Made by a program: the position numbers and the translations under genes. This document shows, piece by piece, positions 62,365 through 64,000 of a stretch of 64,000 bases of DNA. Position 1 is the first letter of the stretch. Each line of letters opens with the position of its first letter. The DNA comes from Nitrospirota bacterium. GTDB lineage: Bacteria; Nitrospirota; UBA9217. Below the pieces are notes generated by a model. It ran no database searches, was not told the origin of the DNA, and saw only the letters and a list, made by a program, of their open reading frames with translations. The stretch lies in NCBI GenBank assembly GCA_963845065.1, contig CAWJQQ010000001.1, positions 288,001 through 352,000 on the forward strand, in the 5' to 3' direction.

Positions 62365-63876
62365 ATGCAACGGCCTCAGGAATTCATACCTGTCACGATT
62401 GACAAAAGCCACATCACGACCATAGGCGAACGACTTTACACTGAAAGCATCGAGTTCGTGCGTGAGCTGGTGAATAATGCCTACGACGCAGACGCGGAGC
62501 TCGTAGAGATAACGATGAGCGACGACGCAATCGAAATCCACGATAACGGCACGGGCATGGACATTGAGGGCCTCAAACAATATTTTAATATCGGCTCTCA
62601 GCAGAAGCTCTCCTCACCTAAATCCCCGAGATTCAATCGGGACCGTATCGGCATGTTTGGTATAGGCAAATTTGCCAGTCTTTCGGCCTGCAAACGGTTC
62701 GAGGTGATCACGAAGCGCGAAGACTTTGTTGGCCGCGTGATCTTCGACAAAGAACAGTGGGAACTGTCGCAAGACGCGTGGCTGCTCCCATTCGAACAGC
62801 TTCCGTCCGATTTCCGTAAGCAAAATGGCACGACAGTGATACTCATCGGTATGGACAGGATATTCGATATCAAAGACATCGAGGCAAAAATCATCGAAGG
62901 CACGCCCATCAAGGCGCCGCACTTCAAGGTCAGGATCAACAACCACACGGTTCAGCCCCGAAGCCTCACTGGCCATAAGGTGACAGTTATTGATGGAACT
63001 TCTTTTGGCCCCGTGACCGGAGAGATCGTGATTTTGCCCGAGACTGCGGCGCAGACGAAGGATCTTGGCATCGAGATAAAAGTAAAGCAGGTGACTGTAC
63101 GGAGAGAACTTTTCGGCATGGAGACCTGGGGACGGGCAATGTCCAGGATATCCGGCGAGGTAAACGCGGACTTTCTTCCCGTAACAAGCGACCGCACCGG
63201 GTTTCTCAGGGACTCTGCTCAGTATAAGGAATTTCTTGCCGTGATGGACAAGGTGATGGTGGACGTAAAGCTATTCCTCCAGAAGCTTATTACAAAAAAG
63301 GAAGGAAAGCGCGTAAGCCGTGCCTTGAAGGACGCACTCCAAAAGATTTATCGCTCCCTTGTATTAAACCCGGACCTCTCACCATTTGGGGCACTTCCTT
63401 TAGGTGATGAGACCCAGGGTGTCGGCAGCGCGGCTGAACTATCTCAAAAAAAGGAAGGCTTTTCTGAGAGCGAGGTTAAGCCTGAAGGACAGAAGGTGAT
63501 AGAGCAAGCCCCACAGCTGGAAAAGAAGCGAAAGAAAAAGCCCAAAGTGAAAAGACTTACTCCGAACGCCATCATCAAGCGGATGAAGTTTGGCGAATCG
63601 GGAGTGTCCTGCGTCGTGGATAGCTTCGGTGAGGATGGTCCTGAGACCTTCTCTGAAGAAACAACTATATATATCAACCGCGATCATCCACTATATAAAC
63701 GAGAGGCTGGAAAAATTGAGACCCATACATTAAACCTTGCTCGTCTCATCACTCAGGAGATAGCCCTCATGAAGGATCCCCGTAATCCCCGGCAGGCATT
63801 CGAACGCCAGAGCAAGCTTTTAAAGGATGCGTTCATCGATAAGGAATCATATGGTGACGTAAAAAGGGGAAATTGA
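62365..63876 (+). CDS. GHKL (HATPase_c_3/MORC-like) ATP-binding protein
   Basis: ELVNNAYDADA, DNGTGM, GMFGIGKFA, NGTTV. C-terminal IYINRDHPLY. Confidence 0.85.
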   Translation: MQRPQEFIPVTIDKSHITTIGERLYTESIEFVRELVNNAYDADAELVEITMSDDAIEIHDNGTGMDIEGLKQYFNIGSQQKLSSPKSPRFNRDRIGMFGIGKFASLSACKRFEVITKREDFVGRVIFDKEQWELSQDAWLLPFEQLPSDFRKQNGTTVILIGMDRIFDIKDIEAKIIEGTPIKAPHFKVRINNHTVQPRSLTGHKVTVIDGTSFGPVTGEIVILPETAAQTKDLGIEIKVKQVTVRRELFGMETWGRAMSRISGEVNADFLPVTSDRTGFLRDSAQYKEFLAVMDKVMVDVKLFLQKLITKKEGKRVSRALKDALQKIYRSLVLNPDLSPFGALPLGDETQGVGSAAELSQKKEGFSESEVKPEGQKVIEQAPQLEKKRKKKPKVKRLTPNAIIKRMKFGESGVSCVVDSFGEDGPETFSEETTIYINRDHPLYKREAGKIETHTLNLARLITQEIALMKDPRNPRQAFERQSKLLKDAFIDKESYGDVKRGN

Positions 63877-64000
63877 TCTAATTCCTTTTTAATTGACTAC
63901 TAGCACGTGTGCATTACAATTTAATCTGTGATAAAGACATTTTGTGATAAGCACACCTACGATTTTTATGTGACCTTCAAATCCAAACGTCTTCCGGCGA

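Overview
A bacterial accessory region with no core-gene context. Gene content (c-di-GMP-I riboswitch, DUF3786, PAS hybrid kinase) suggests Nitrospirota or Desulfobacterota, but that is inference only. It is a mosaic of unrelated 1-6 kb modules: an RND efflux operon (acrB frameshifted), five type II toxin-antitoxin pairs plus a HipA-like/DUF3037 pair, transporters, a PAS hybrid kinase, a MarR/Fe-S-SCP2/DUF3786 operon, DUF3300/DUF2950, an MFS/glucose dehydrogenase/glucoamylase operon, fadE, tag, a GHKL ATPase, and many gene fragments. Mobile DNA includes two IS256 copies with 8-bp TSDs (one disrupts serA), an IS3-type element in an SRPBCC gene, a TnpB-only IS200/IS605 element with clear ends, two integron attC-like sites and tRNA 3'-end relics. 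The most unusual signal is a family of about 12 same-orientation intergenic elements between modules. Each has two short boxes (TTCAGGA(T/A)G and CACCTAC..TTGCA) at fixed spacing: 72 bp in 8 copies, otherwise 82 or 91-93 bp. These look like phased protein-binding or recombination sites of an uncharacterised cassette-assembly system. No recombinase for them is visible in the window. All family calls are from recalled motifs, not database searches.
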